Positions 1 through 13,024 of a stretch of DNA of 64,000 nt are shown piece after piece (the first letter of the stretch is position 1; each line of letters starts with the position of its first letter). The notes beneath the pieces are model-generated. The model did not search any database and was not told the DNA's origin. It was given only the letters and a program-made list of their open reading frames with translations. The stretch is from Diadema antillarum (Eukaryota). The stretch spans positions 806,001 to 870,000 of the forward strand of contig NW_027272059.1 of NCBI RefSeq assembly GCF_040938485.1. The letters are read 5' to 3'. The position numbers were made by a program, and so were the translations under genes.

Positions 1-3000
1 CTAGATCCTCAAAAGAGTGCTGGAAACAAACACAGAAAAATATATACCGGTAATAAGTCCATCATGACAGAATTGCATAGTATCACTTGGTGTGGAATTT
101 ATCTGACAATGAAGAAATAAGTTATATGTTTATATGCACTTTGGAAACTTGATTCTTTCATGGTTACAAATCACATTTCTCACATTGGTACTTTTTCTCA
201 TTAAGAAGATGACATTGCAAAACATTATCAAAGTATATAATCACATGACCAAGGTGTTAACTTGGCCCCTGACAGACACTTTTAAAAGTAAAATATACAA
301 ATGGAGCTTGGAGAGACATGAAGAAATTGTTTCTCATAATTTTCCATCACTTTACCATCTTTTTTTGAAAATCTATTATAACTATTTAAAAGAAGTAACA
401 GAAGAGGGTATTTTCCTTGACTATGGATAGAGAGTGAAGTTCAAAAATAATGTTTTGTGAATCATACAAACCTGAGAGAACAGCTTCAGCTTTCTGTTGC
501 TAGGCAACAACTCTTCCAGAAACAGCCTCTTGACTGCATCCAGCCCCAGGAGGGCTTCCCTCCGACCCTTCTTCCTGACCATAGCCAGCAGGCTGTCCAG
601 GCTGAGGGGTGTGTGGACAGGGGCACCCTGCACCTCCAGAGTGAGGGCCGCCACCTTGTCTGAGAGTGCTCCTGACTTTGCCACGGTCTGCATCCATCTG
701 CTCTGAGATCCACTCTCACTGCTCTTTCCTGGATGCCGCACAGAAAACTCATATTCCGTCACTTATTTAACAACTCTTTCAGCTCCTCACTCTCACAATT
801 TCTCTTTCATGTCAAAACTTACAATAGAGGGTATGTCACAAAAAAATGTCACACATGCAGAAAATAATCAAGTCTGAAATCAACAATATCTGAATTCTCA
901 CAGAGCAAAAAATAAACAAGGAAAAGTAGAAATTACGCGGTGCGTAACATATGTCCCCGCCGGAAGTAGCATTTTGTAACAAAATGTGCAATATAGGTAA
1001 AAAATCAAGGTCAAAGGTCAAAGAAGTCAAAGGTCAAAATTCTGTGTAGAAGTTTTGAAGCCCTCACCTAGTGCCATCACATAAAGCAAATGGAATCGAA
1101 ATTGGGTTAGAAATGGCGAAGGAGTAGCATTTTGTAGCCAATGTACAATATAGGTCAAAAATCAAGGTCAAAGGTCAAAGAAGACAAAGGTCAAAATTCT
1201 GTGCAGAAGTTTTGAAGCCCTCACCTAGTGCTATCACATAAAGCAAACGGAATCGAAATCGGGTTAGAAATGGCGAAGGAGTAGCATTCTGTAGCAAAAT
1301 GCACAATATAGGTCGAAAATCAAGGTCAAAGGTCAAAGAGGTCAAAGGTCAAAATTCTGTGTAGAAGTTTTAAAGCCCTCAACTAGTGCCATCATATAAA
1401 GCAAACGGAATCGAAATCGGGTTAAAAATGGCGAAGGAGTAGCATTTCGTAGCAAAATGTACAATATGGGTCAAAAATCAAGGTCAAAGGTCAAAGAAGT
1501 CAAAGGTCAAAATTCTGTGTAGAAGTTTTGAAGCCCTCACATAGTGCCACCACATAAAGCAAACGGAATCGAAATCGGGTTAGAAATGGCGAAGGAGTAG
1601 CATTTTGTAGCAAAATGTACAATATAGGTCAAAAAATCAAGGTCAAAGGTCAAAGAAGTCAAAGGTCAAAATTCTGTGTAGAAGTTTTGAAGCCCTCACC
1701 TAGTGCCATCACATAAAGCAAACGGAATCGAAATCGGGTTAGAAATGGCGAAGGAGTAGCATTTTGTAGCAAAATGTACAATATAGGTCAAAGGTCAAGG
1801 TCAAAGGTCACGACTGAAATTCTGTGTAGAAATTTCAAAGCTCCCATGTAGTGCTATCATATAAAGCAAACAGAATCAAAATTGGCTCATAAATGACAGA
1901 GAAGTAGCAAATTGAAGATTTTGATCACACACGGACGCACACACGGACACACGGACACACGGACGGACGGACGGACGGACGGACACACGGACGGACACAC
2001 GGACACACACACGTACGGAGCCCGTTTCATAGTCCCCTGCTCGAACTCGTTCGGCGGGGACAAAAATAAAATATCACTGCAACTGACTACTTGGACAATT
2101 TTTTAATGCTGAATTACAAAACAAACCATACAATTTAAAAATACAATTAAATTACTTACTTGCTGCATAGAGTTCTACTTCATTGTCATAAAGTTTTGTT
2201 GCATACTCCTTGTATGCAGTAACAACAGCTTCATCTGGTGGCTGGACACTCACCGACTTTGCAGACTCCTAAGTCAAACATAAGAATTACAAAGAAAAAC
2301 AAAAGGAGCTTATTAGAGATAATATCAAATTTGCAAGTTGATCCTGTTACTACAGGGGACTCCTGTCACAAAACAAAGGCCTCTGGACTGGCAGTTTTCT
2401 TTCACAATATTGAAATTTCATTACGACCAAATAGTAGAGTATGTGAAGATACATGTACAATGTATATACATACTTGATAATTTTAAGATCTGACTTTTTT
2501 CTTTGTTGTGTAAAAAATGTCGTTATAACCATGCTTTTGTTTTTGTTTTAGAATAACAGGAGTGCACTGTACTGTATTTATCAGAGCTCTCATCATTCTT
2601 TGTTAGATAAAGTAAATCAAACAAGAGCTCTAATGTTTTGCCTTAGACAATCATAACAACAATACTTATGAGTTCCTTTCACATGACCCAAAGCTTCATT
2701 CAACTTAAATATATTCAACAGAAAAAAACAACAACAGGGTATATCATGTGGCATATAAAAGGAAAAAAATCATGGTCTGCAACAAACAAATAATAGATGA
2801 AACATAACAATATATGACTGAAATAATTATACATATATGTGTAAACAAGCAAACACACATACTTTAATATATATAATGTACCATATGAACACATTTTTCT
2901 GGTATTCATATTTAGTTATTCATCTGTTCTTTCAATTCAAATTTCTGAATACTCACCAGAATTGTAAACCATTTGACTCCAGAAGGTACTAACATAATGG

Positions 3001-5218
3001 AAGTTGGTGACATCTGCAGATTGACTGGAACTTTTCCTTTGGAATGTTGCTTTACATTCTTTTCTGGACTTCTTTCATTCCCCACACTGGGTACTGTCCT
3101 TGCATTGACTTTAGGTGCATTTTGTGTATCTTTCACTTTTGCCTTTACAGCTGTGTTTCCTTCAACCTTTTTGCCTTTCTTTTTAGTCTTCACATTGTGT
3201 CCAAGGATATCTGGCTTCTCTTCTGTCTGATGCCTTGACCCATCTTCCTGAGTAATTTTGTCTTCATTTTCTTGTATGCTTTTGTTTCGCACATCCAAAG
3301 AGGGTGCTTTTTTGTCCAGTTTCTTCTTCTTTTTCTTTTCTTTAAAGCTGGACGGTTCCTGCTGATACCTGAAAGGCAACATCAAAGAAAATTACTGAAT
3401 GCATGGAAAACTTGTTATCTTACAGCCTACCAATGTTTCTACTTCAGGATAGAACAACATGGTGAGTACACTCAAAAATAAAATTATATATCACAAGTCT
3501 CACCTTTAATTTCAGACCTGCAGAAAAGCATAACTTCTTCTGCAGTCATATTTATGAAGGACAACTATGAAACATGGTAAGATACTTGCTTATCTTTCTG
3601 ATATAACATGGGATTATTTTCTACAAAACGAATTATTTCATACACTTTATTATTGGTATCCTAAACCACAATTTTGCCAAGCACGTAACCACTGGCTGAA
3701 GACATCGCTTCAGTTCTATGTGAAATAGACTTTTAAGGTGGTGATATGTAAATAAGTCTTCGCAGCATTTCTAATCTATTGATGATCTGCAGTGAAGTAG
3801 TGGAATGGGTTTCATGCATTGTAAGTTTGTAGCTCCCAACCCTCCAGGAATTTTGGTACTTTTGGTCTTTAGAGAAGAGAGTGGCTAAATTTATACCCAT
3901 CATGCAATTACACTTTTATTTTGATTTCCAATGAAGGAAAGAATTCCATATGTAACCCCCTTCCCTTCAAATTGATCCATTATCACTCTATTCTTGCCTA
4001 AAACCAAGCCAAACCCTCACCCTAATCTTTTCTCTGTACCCTAGGACACTGGTGCCCACCATCTTTACAAAGGACACCAGGGTCCATGTACCATAGGACA
4101 CCATACTTCGCATATCCTAGGATTATAAACAGGTTTTGAATACGAAAATGATCACCTAAATGTCTCATCACTTCTAACAAAATTAATCTAAGTTCACCAG
4201 TTTGTTAACATCCTCACATATAACATGTGATGAATGTGTTTAAATTGTTATGATATGAACAGAGTATGAAAATAGTATTTTTCCATGTTGTACAACCTGT
4301 CTACATCATAATACCCAGTTTCTTTTCTCATTTTTTTTGTGGGGGGGGGGGGGGGGGTGGGGATGGGGGAAAATGGTACTCTAGCCCCAATCAATCTACC
4401 TGTCAAGTTTCAACTTCTTGATGATGTCATTAATCTCCGATGCTGGGACATCTTCTCCTTCCACTTGATGACTCGTCTCCATCTCACCTCCATCATCCTG
4501 AATGCTATTCATCAACTGCAACAAATCTTCCTATGGAATACCAAGATCAAATTGAAGAAGTACAAAATTGTTGAAATGCTTTTAATTTAAAAATGGTATG
4601 GAATGGTATCTTTACTTTGTGAACACGATTTCAAGTGTGCAGATATGGGTGTATTCGTGTAGTGTATGAAAAACAATATCAACAGAACCAGTTTAATTCT
4701 TGGATACTCGGTGACTAGATCCAACCAACGTTAGTGATAGTGCTGTGTCGCTGTCTAACGTTACACGTTACATGAAGTGAGCTGATGAGCGTCTAGTCTG
4801 CATTTTAGTAGGATAGGCCTAGCGCTATACTGCAATTGTCTGCATGGGAGCTAATTGATAAATACATATTAAACTTACATTAAGCACGCCAACATTATAC
4901 AAAACAGCGGAGATGATAAGGGTTTCTACTGTCTAGAATCATATACCTTTGAAGCCGAGGCGAGGGCATTAATATCATTATCAAACAGAAACTGTTGACA
5001 GCATAGCAGCTCATCACATTCACAGTATGAAACACACAAAAATATGCAGATGTGGGACTATGCACGTAGACGACAGTCAAGAGAGCTCAGAACACGAACA
5101 TATCCCTAACACTCTACATTCATGAATACTCTGCAAAACAATGAGTTTTACGTACATCATCACTGTCTTCCTTTGAAGACCTTATCCGTCCCCCTGCTTT
5201 CTGCTTATTCTTCTTCAT
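1..5218 (-). CDS. CEBPZ: CCAAT/enhancer-binding protein zeta (NOC1/MAK21 family, 60S biogenesis), 5' part; continues beyond the window start
   Basis: Phase-consistent GT-AG exons: 5218-5156 (MKKNKQK..SDD), 4991-4947 (45 bp, tentative), 4530-4400 (EDLLQLM..KLKLDR), 3368-2957 (..IMLVPSGVKWFTIL), 2268-2160 (..AYKEYATKLYDNEV..), 728-472 (WMQTVAKSGALSDKVAALTLEVQGAPVH..LLPSNRKLKLFSQ), 19-1 (HSFEDL). These match recalled CEBPZ segments (LLLRPGGKW; WMKAIVSSGTLGDRMAA; LLPDNRKLRIFSQRPFD). Confidence 0.9.
915..2062. mobile_element. Non-autonomous Helentron-associated (HINE/DINE-1/pearl-like) element with internal tandem array, in a CEBPZ intron
   Basis: Starts AACAAG; subterminal inverted repeat TGTCCCCGCCG (~950) / CGGCGGGGACA (~2052); about six ~158-bp tandem units (962-1910); ACGG/ACAC microsatellite (~1927-2014); 3' hairpin GTCCCC..GGGGAC; A-rich flanks. 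Confidence 0.7.
962..1910. repeat. Tandem array of ~158-bp units (five full copies plus one diverged copy)
   Basis: The unit start GGAGTAGCATT recurs at ~1121, 1278, 1436, 1594 and 1753 with near-identical intervening sequence containing AGGTCAAAGGTCA. Confidence 0.95.
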
Positions 5219-6424
5219 ATCGTTGGTATCATCGAACTTATCATGCGCCGCGCTTCGATACAAAACAGTCTTCGCCAAGTCTTTGCCACAGTGCGTGCAT
5301 GCACGCTGGAAAAAAGTCTGCCCTTTCGCCTTCACTAGCCCGAGCGTGTATCACTAGCACGGCGCTGCTGGCGTGGCACGCTATCAAGTTTACAGCACTG
5401 GTTTTAGTCTAGCGGATATAGGGCACATATAGGGTGAATCATGCACATTATGGTAAAAGCACCATATTTGGTACACATGTATATGATGCCAATACAAGTC
5501 ATTTCTGATATGGAAGCCACTCTGATTCTGCCTGTGGCGGCCGTGGCGGCCATTTTTCAAAATGGCCGCCAATGGCCGCCATGTGATATAGCAATGCTGT
5601 GTATTTTGGAAACTATAAGTCCGATTGTCGTGATTCTTGTACCAAAGTATAGGTTTTGAGGGTCAAGGATTCCAATAGAATGATTTTTGAGAGGATAAAA
5701 CCATGGCAACCTACTTATTGGCGGCCATTTGAAAAAATATGGCCACCATGCTAGATATAACATAACCTTAAAACGTATGGACAAAGGGTCATGACTCTGA
5801 TACCAACTTATATGTTTTTGGCGTCAAGGACTCCGATAAATTCAACTGTAAGTGAATATGAATCGTTTCATCCTACGTTTTGGCGGCCATTTTAATAAAT
5901 ATGGCTGTCATACAACGGATAATGAATATTGTATATCTTCGAACTCAATGAATACATAATCACGATTCAAGTGTAAAAGTATAGATTTGGGGTGAAGGTT
6001 TTCAATATAATGATGTTTTAGCAAAGTGAGTAGGTTCATCACATCCTTTGTTTTGGCGGCCATTTAATAAATAGGGCCTCACTCCAGTTAAACATGGCTG
6101 CCGCTCTGCATTCTATTCATATATCTTTAAAACCAATGCATGCATCTTCATGATTCTGGTACAAAAACATGTTTTTGAGGTTCAATTATTTAAATGGATA
6201 CATCTTTTCGTGTATACAACCATCCTATGTTTTGGCTGCCATTTTGAAATATGGCCACCGCAATATATACTATACTGTACGTCTTTGAAACTAATTGGGG
6301 TCAATGATTTTAAACAAGCATTTGTTGATGAATAGAACTAACACATTTCGTTTTCATGTCCATTTTGATAAATATGACTGCCGCACTACATAGTGTATGT
6401 ACACACACACACACACATTATATA

Positions 6425-6897
6425 CAGTGTGGCCTAGAATTAACGGAAACGCGAGTTTTCGCAAATATCTGCACATTTGCATTATTTTGATGCCAAAATG
6501 AATGACATAGTTGTAGAGAATTCATCTAGAAGAAGAATGACACCAAAATCATCCGATTTGGTTGAGTAGTTTTCATTCTACAGATGTTTTTTTTAAAAGA
6601 CGGGTCGAGCGTAAATTTCTTAGCTCAATTCAACAAATTTCAGCATCGAACAAAAGCCACTTGGGAGACTAACAAAGAATTGAGGCCGCACATCACAATG
6701 TGGAATGCTTGAATAGGATTATTGTCGAAAATTGATCTTCAATTGTTGGGTAGTCTCCGTTGCTGAGCTTTGATAATAAAGTAAGAAATTAATGATTAAC
6801 AAAAACATGTCTAGAAAGAAAAGTACTCAACAAAATTGGACAATTTCGTTTTGGTTTTGGAAAAATATTCGTTTCCATTTTCTGAGGGGCCACCCTG
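6425..6897. mobile_element. Tc1/mariner-like MITE nested in the Academ element
   Basis: TA|CAGTGTGGCC ... GGCCACCCTG|TA; short TIR and TA duplication. Confidence 0.6.
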
Positions 6898-8066
6898 TAT
6901 GTATTATATATACACCCTCACTTGCCATATGTATTGTCCCATTGACAAGAATCGTTCACCTATCATTGGTAAATGAACCTCCTATGTCGTTGCGGTGTTT
7001 AGTTCTTTATTGTTCATTGATTGTTGTTGATTGACCATACCTCTATCACATTCACTATTCAAGTAGGTATTGAACATCACATAAGTACAATTGTTGCATA
7101 CGTGGAATACTAAAGATAATTATGTTGAATATCAAAGGTAGAATAAAATGGTGAGAATGGAAAAGAAGACTTTTCCCCAATTTTGGATGCATAGACAGGA
7201 GAGTACAATTAATGTACTGTCATAGTTTCCAGCCACAAAGACATGATTCGTATTGCAGTCTTATAAGACTGATTTCTAAAGTTTGTTTTCAGTTCTTGTT
7301 CATTATTTCATGGTATGACCTTGTCAAAACTGTTACACAAAATTATAAGGAATCATATGAAGGAATCGAATTAGCTCTGACAATCCGAAACAATATTGTT
7401 CCTTATCATCCATTGCTAAGCGGTGATGAACATGAATGCATAGATGCAGGTGCGCTTTAGAGAACGTCTTCAGTATTTCTACTGGTGCCGGTAAGTAAGA
7501 TTGATTTACTGAATATTTTATTCTGCAGTTTTATCTTCCAATAATTATGAACCTAAAAATTTGTATTTCTTTGAGGTTTTCCTTAAATTCATAAATTAGC
7601 ATAATTTTTCTTGTAGTTTATATTTTAATAGTAGAATCATGTGGACCTGCAAATGACAATTACATTTAAACCTATAAAGATGTATTGTATTTGCCGGAGA
7701 GATGATGAACTACAACACCTTACCGCCTTAGGGGTTCCGTTCCGGATTTGGATAAGGTTTACTCCCTAGCCTTTGATTAACCAAAAAAATGCCCGCAAGG
7801 AAGCGGAAGACTCGTGGAGGGCGGGGACGTCTTTCTACCCGTACAGGACCAGAAGGACCTGCCCACTGCCACTATTTACTTTATCGTTTGATGTACAAGA
7901 TTCAGTGTAGTTATAAGTATCAGAACAGCCTGGTCAATCATGGATTTTATAGACATACATATAGTGTGTTTACATTTGATGTAAGTGACCCAAGAAGTTT
8001 TAGAAGTTTTCTCACACTTAGTGTCATTTTTCCAAAGAAAACAGATGTACTAATTGGTTGGAAAGT

Positions 8067-8577
8067 ATGATTTTCATTCCATAGTCCAGGGACCAGAGAA
8101 AGCGAGAGTCTATATTTCTAGAAAATATATAATCTTGATTAATATGTACTTCAGACATGAAATTGTGAAGATCATGTTTTCCACATACACTGTACACAAA
8201 GAAATCCTATAAAGGAAGTTGAGCATATTTTCCAAAATGCTTACAAAGTTAACTATGCCCAGATGTCCCACATTACAATACTAAAAATGAGTGAACAAGT
8301 AATTGTTGACCCCTAAAACAAATGATTTTCATTCCATAGTCAAGGGACCAGAGAAAGCGATAGTCTATATTTCTAGCAAATATATAATCTTGACTAATAT
8401 GTACTTCAGACATGACATTGTGAAGATCATGTTTTTGACATACACTGTACACAAAGAAATCCTATAAAGGAAGTTGAGCATATTTTCCAAAATGCTTACA
8501 AAGTTAACTATGCCTAGATGTCCCACATTAGAATACTAAAAATGAGTGAACAAGTAATTGTTGACCCCTAAAACAAA
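8067..8577 (+). repeat. Direct tandem duplication, 2 x 255 bp
   Basis: TGATTTTCATTCCATAGT..CCCCTAAAACAAA begins at 8068 and again at 8323, with few substitutions. Confidence 0.9.
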
Positions 8578-10999
8578 CGTTTACACCAGAATCAATCCAC
8601 AATGGGCATCCCGCTGTCATAACACTCGTACGCTATTTATTAAATGGCCGCCAAAACAAAGGATGTGATGAACCTATTCATTTTGCTAAAACATCATTAT
8701 ATTGAAAACCTTCACCCAAAAGCTATACTTTTACACTTGAATAGTGATTATATATCTTTTGAGTTCGAAGATATGCAATATTCATCATCTGTTGTATGGC
8801 AGCCATATGTATTAAAATGGCCGCCAAAACGTAGGATGAAACGATTCATATTCACTTACAGTTGAATTTATCAGAATCCTTGACCCAAAAACATATAAGT
8901 TGGTACCAGAGTCATGACCCTTTGTCCATACGTTTTAATGAGATGTTATATCTAGCATGGTGGCCATATTTTTTCAAAATGGCCGCCAATAAGTAGGTTG
9001 CCATGGTTTTATCCTCTCAAAAAATATTTTATTGGAATCCTTGACCCTCAAAACCTATACTTTGGTACAAAAATCACGACAATCGGACTTATAGTTTCCA
9101 AAATACACAGCATTGCTACATCACATGGCGGCCATTTTGAAAAATGGCCGCCACGGCCGCCAAAGGGAGAATCAGAGTGGCTTCCATATCAGAAATGACT
9201 TGTATTGGCATCATGTACATGTGTACCAAATATGGTGCTTTTACCATTAAGTGCATGATTTTTTCTATATCCGCTGGACTATTTACAGTATTGCACTGAT
9301 TGCCCACATGTGGTTGATCGCACACCATGTTGTATTTCAACTCAAGATGGCGCTGTATCTTTTGATGTGCTCGCTGGACGGATCGGACTACTAGTACATC
9401 GAATCACAAGTTTGGAACCGGGTAGAGTTGCGGTAAAATAAAGTTGTTAACCAGACATAGTCACAGTAATGAATGAACATGAAGCAAATGGATATGAGTC
9501 CCCAAGAAGCAGAGCTTATGATTGGGGCCCATTATGAATGGACTTCTCGATCCCAGCTTAATCAAATGCAAAAGGAATTATCCAGTTTTCTCCTTTTCTT
9601 CTTGTCTTTTTGGAGTTTTTGTTCCCTGTTCCAGTGTGGTTTGAATTTACGATCTATGTTGAAGTTAGACAGGGTCACGATTATTATGTATTCAATTAAT
9701 GTATTAATTCAATATGGTAATTAACAACATCAGCATTCTTTTCATTCTTTTCCCGGTTTTCTTTCTTTCTTTTTCATTTTTATTTCCTTATGACTATCTT
9801 AATCCAATCGCTGTAGGAAATAAAAGCAAGAAAAACACAAGTGTTTTTTTTTTTTTTTTTATCAAGCAAGCTAACCACAAAATTCATGAAAATCAATAAA
9901 GTGGAATCAATGAAATGAAAAAACGAAAATGCTCCATAATTTGATCAAAATAGAAAGTTGAGGAGTGTTAAACATTCATGTCTTTTTACTTAATAGGCCT
10001 AACTGATGTTGTTTCACTGTCACATAAAAAGTTATTAGACTGTCTTAAACTTTAAACAAAAACCTTGACCGAATTCTTTTGTATAGAACAATAATTGAAG
10101 AGTTTTATCGCAAAACGAGCGAACTCCATTCTTGTTAAATTGAAATATTTGTGATTAAAGCTGAAAAAAACCCAACAACAACAACAACCAAGGAAAATAA
10201 TAAGAAAATACAGGATATTTTAAATCATAACTTTTAGAATATTCCTTGTTATGTCACAAGTGAGATATTACTGGAATGGTTACATTTTGTTATCTGATTA
10301 TGGACTTACTTTAGAAATGGCGCATAACTCATTTTGCAATAAAACTCTTTTAATTTAAGACACCTTGTACAGTTTTCACTGCTACTGAGTCAAAGACATG
10401 TTCCTATGTAGTGCAAAATCCATTAGCCAATATTTCCTACATCACTTTTTAATAATAAGTTAGACAGCAAATTTCTCTTCCGCTTTTCACACACCATTTT
10501 CATGCCAGAATTTGGTATCTGTGTGGATGAAAGGACACCTTCACATTAATATAATCTATGTGTTATGTGGGTTGAATAAAGCAATATCAATATAAAACAC
10601 ATCTATAAATATATTCAGTGAAAAATTGCGGAAATTACTACCGATATTGCTGCATTCAATGACATCACTCAATCCACACATATTATATTTGAATGAACTT
10701 ATCCTTTAAAATCCATTTCAAATGCCTGTAACAAATAATATCCTCTATCTTGGAGCATTTGAAATAGCATGATGTTTGATCCATACTGAGCAGAGAAAAC
10801 ATAATCTATTTGTCATATTTGTCATATTTGGCCCAAGTTATTGAAATTCCTTGCATCGGCCGATATTAAAAATGCCCCCTCTATATATACTCATTCAAAA
10901 GGAAACTGAAATTTTTTCTATTGCAATCTTATAATAATTAATATTCTACTGAATTGAATTAACCAGCTGTTATAACTCCTTATCTAAGAACCTATGTTT

Positions 11000-11625
11000 T
11001 CATGTATTGATCGCTACGTATCTTAGCTCCTATCATTATACTTGTATAAGGCTAGGATATTTCTGCGATTATTATCTCTATTAACACCTTGTTTTTTCTC
11101 GCGTTACTTTTTCCCACCCTCTCAACATACTTCTGACGAGATCGCTGTCTCTGCTTAACGTTTTTGTCTCTTCTGTTCTGTTCTTTACTGTTATGTTAGT
11201 TTTGTCTCATTTTGTCTCGTCTCATTGTCAACTCTCCGTTGTACTATTACTCCTATTTCAGTCCCGTTTCATGTTTATTTTTTTGTATATCTGCCTGTTT
11301 TTGTTGATCTCTCTTTCTAGTGGGCTTCCAGACTTTTACTTTGCTCTCAACTGATGTTTTTCCTCTGAGGGGCCCACATCCTACAAGCTTTGTCTTTTTA
11401 GTGGGTCCCTCCATTTTTCGAATTTTGCATACTGTTTACTTACTTCTAATCACTTGAGTTTTATGATAATGTATAATTATCGTAAGGTGCTACAATCATT
11501 GTACATTCTTTTCATCCTAAATAGTTTTACGCACCTTATTTTCTGTTACCCCCCAAAAGTGATGTCTATATGTTCTTGTCGAAAAATGAAATAAAACACT
11601 GAATTGAATTGAATTGAATTGAATT
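11000..11625 (+). mobile_element. 3' end of a LINE (L2/CR1-like) with (GAATT)n tail
   Basis: T-rich 3' UTR with a GGGCCCAC..GTGGGTCCC stem, then AATAAA and five GAATT repeats (11600-11625). The left boundary is approximate. Confidence 0.5.
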
Positions 11626-11828
11626 ATGTTAGAATATGAAATTTATGACATGCAGCAGCTTCTCATTCATCCCCCCCCCCCCAAAAAAAATAGTCACTAA
11701 TTCAAGTCTCACAGTAGGCCTTAAAATTTTTAGGCGGCCAAGGCTATTGGCAACAGGGCCGGCGGAACGGGGGGGGGGGGGGGGGGGAGGGGAACCCGGA
11801 AGTGGCACACAAGTTGCGCTGAAGGCTT

Positions 11829-11863
<35 letters not shown>

Positions 11864-11891
11864 GCTTGTTAGCTGATGAAACACGGAAGTG

Positions 11892-11922
<31 letters not shown>

Positions 11923-12198
11923 TTTGAAAACGTGGCGCCGGTCATGGGCAATCACCACCATTGACCTATCTCAATAACATTTTCACAGAGTTTATGTTTT
12001 AATGTTTCACCATTTTTTTCTTCAAATAATCTCATCTCATAGACTGTAGGCAAAAATCCTACAGGATCTTTGCTGTAGGTAGTTCCGTCCACACCTTGCC
12101 TTTGAAGTTTCTGTTAGAAGACGGACCTACATCTTTTGAAATACAGTTTCACCTAAATTGATCGGAATCATTTCACGTTATTCATGCACATTCAAACT

Positions 12199-12344
12199 CA
12201 GGGGCGAATCCAGAAATTCCGTAAAGGAGGGGGGGGGGGCACAAACAATATTTCTGGTGCTACTTCCGGGTTTCATCTCATTCTTTTTCTTTTGTTTTAA
12301 CAACAAATAAAGAGGGGGCGCGTACCCCTCTGGATCCGCCACTG
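12199..12344. mobile_element. hAT-like MITE (CAGGGGCGGATCCAG family), copy 1
   Basis: TIR CAGGGGCGAATCCAG / CTGGATCCGCCACTG, internal poly-G and GGTGCTACTTCCGGG. A second copy lies at 21699-21876 and a related fragment at ~11740-11940. Confidence 0.6.
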
Positions 12345-13024
12345 CAACTGACTGGCCATCGGTATACTTTTGTTGTTCAATGCTATGTCATTGCTGCCTG
12401 GGGAGAAAAATGTTTTCAGCGGAGAGAGGAATACACAAAAAATATATCATCGTATGTAGGCCTATCGCTGTCTGTCATTTCAGCTTGAAGATGAACTGTG
12501 TATGGCGGTGTGTTTTCGTAGTCTTAATTTGATCGTTACAAGCTTATATCTTAAAATGTAACTACCTTAAAATATAATGAAAGAATTTATGATATTAAAA
12601 TATATTTTTCAAGCTTTTAACTCAGTTAAAATGTGCTATTCTTTTTAAATTCATCAATATGATCCAATTGTAAGAACAAATTATATTAAACATCCTTATA
12701 AAGACTAATGAACTCTTGCGTTGCGTGACGACGTATCAACAATCCACTCAGCTGTGCCGATGGTGGCCTGGAGGAGAAGCACCACCGTACCCGCGGCCCG
12801 CACGCAGCGAGATGCTAGCGCCGTGAACAGTGTCGTCGGGCCGGAACCGCTGGAGTGCCCTATTTTCGTTATGCGGCGCTTGTTCATGTTATTCGGAGAA
12901 TGTAGCGGTTAACATGAACGGAACAGTCAGTAAATTGGAGCCGAAAGACCGGACACAGATCAGGATTAGTTACATAAATAGGCCACGCGTAAGAATGGAC
13001 ACATTAACAGTCTAATTAACGACG

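Larger units (their letters stand above)
5405..9281. mobile_element. Non-autonomous Academ-type DNA transposon (~3.9 kb, long TIRs)
   Basis: Ends TAGTCTAGCGGATATAG / CTATATCCGCTGGACTA; TIRs of roughly 650 bp (5405-~6075 vs ~8630-9281); TTT on both sides (5402-5404, 9282-9284) gives a 3-bp TSD. TAG..CTA ends, long TIRs and 3-bp TSDs are Academ hallmarks. No transposase ORF. Confidence 0.75.

Noticed and set aside
962-1910. CRISPR-like array
   Set aside because: The units are near-identical over their whole ~158 bp with no unique spacers, and the context is a eukaryotic intron.
5390-9340. ORFs 5390-5784, 8644-9340, 35205-35544 as genes or an Academ transposase
   Set aside because: They are short mirror-image frames in the TIRs with no transposase or helicase motifs.
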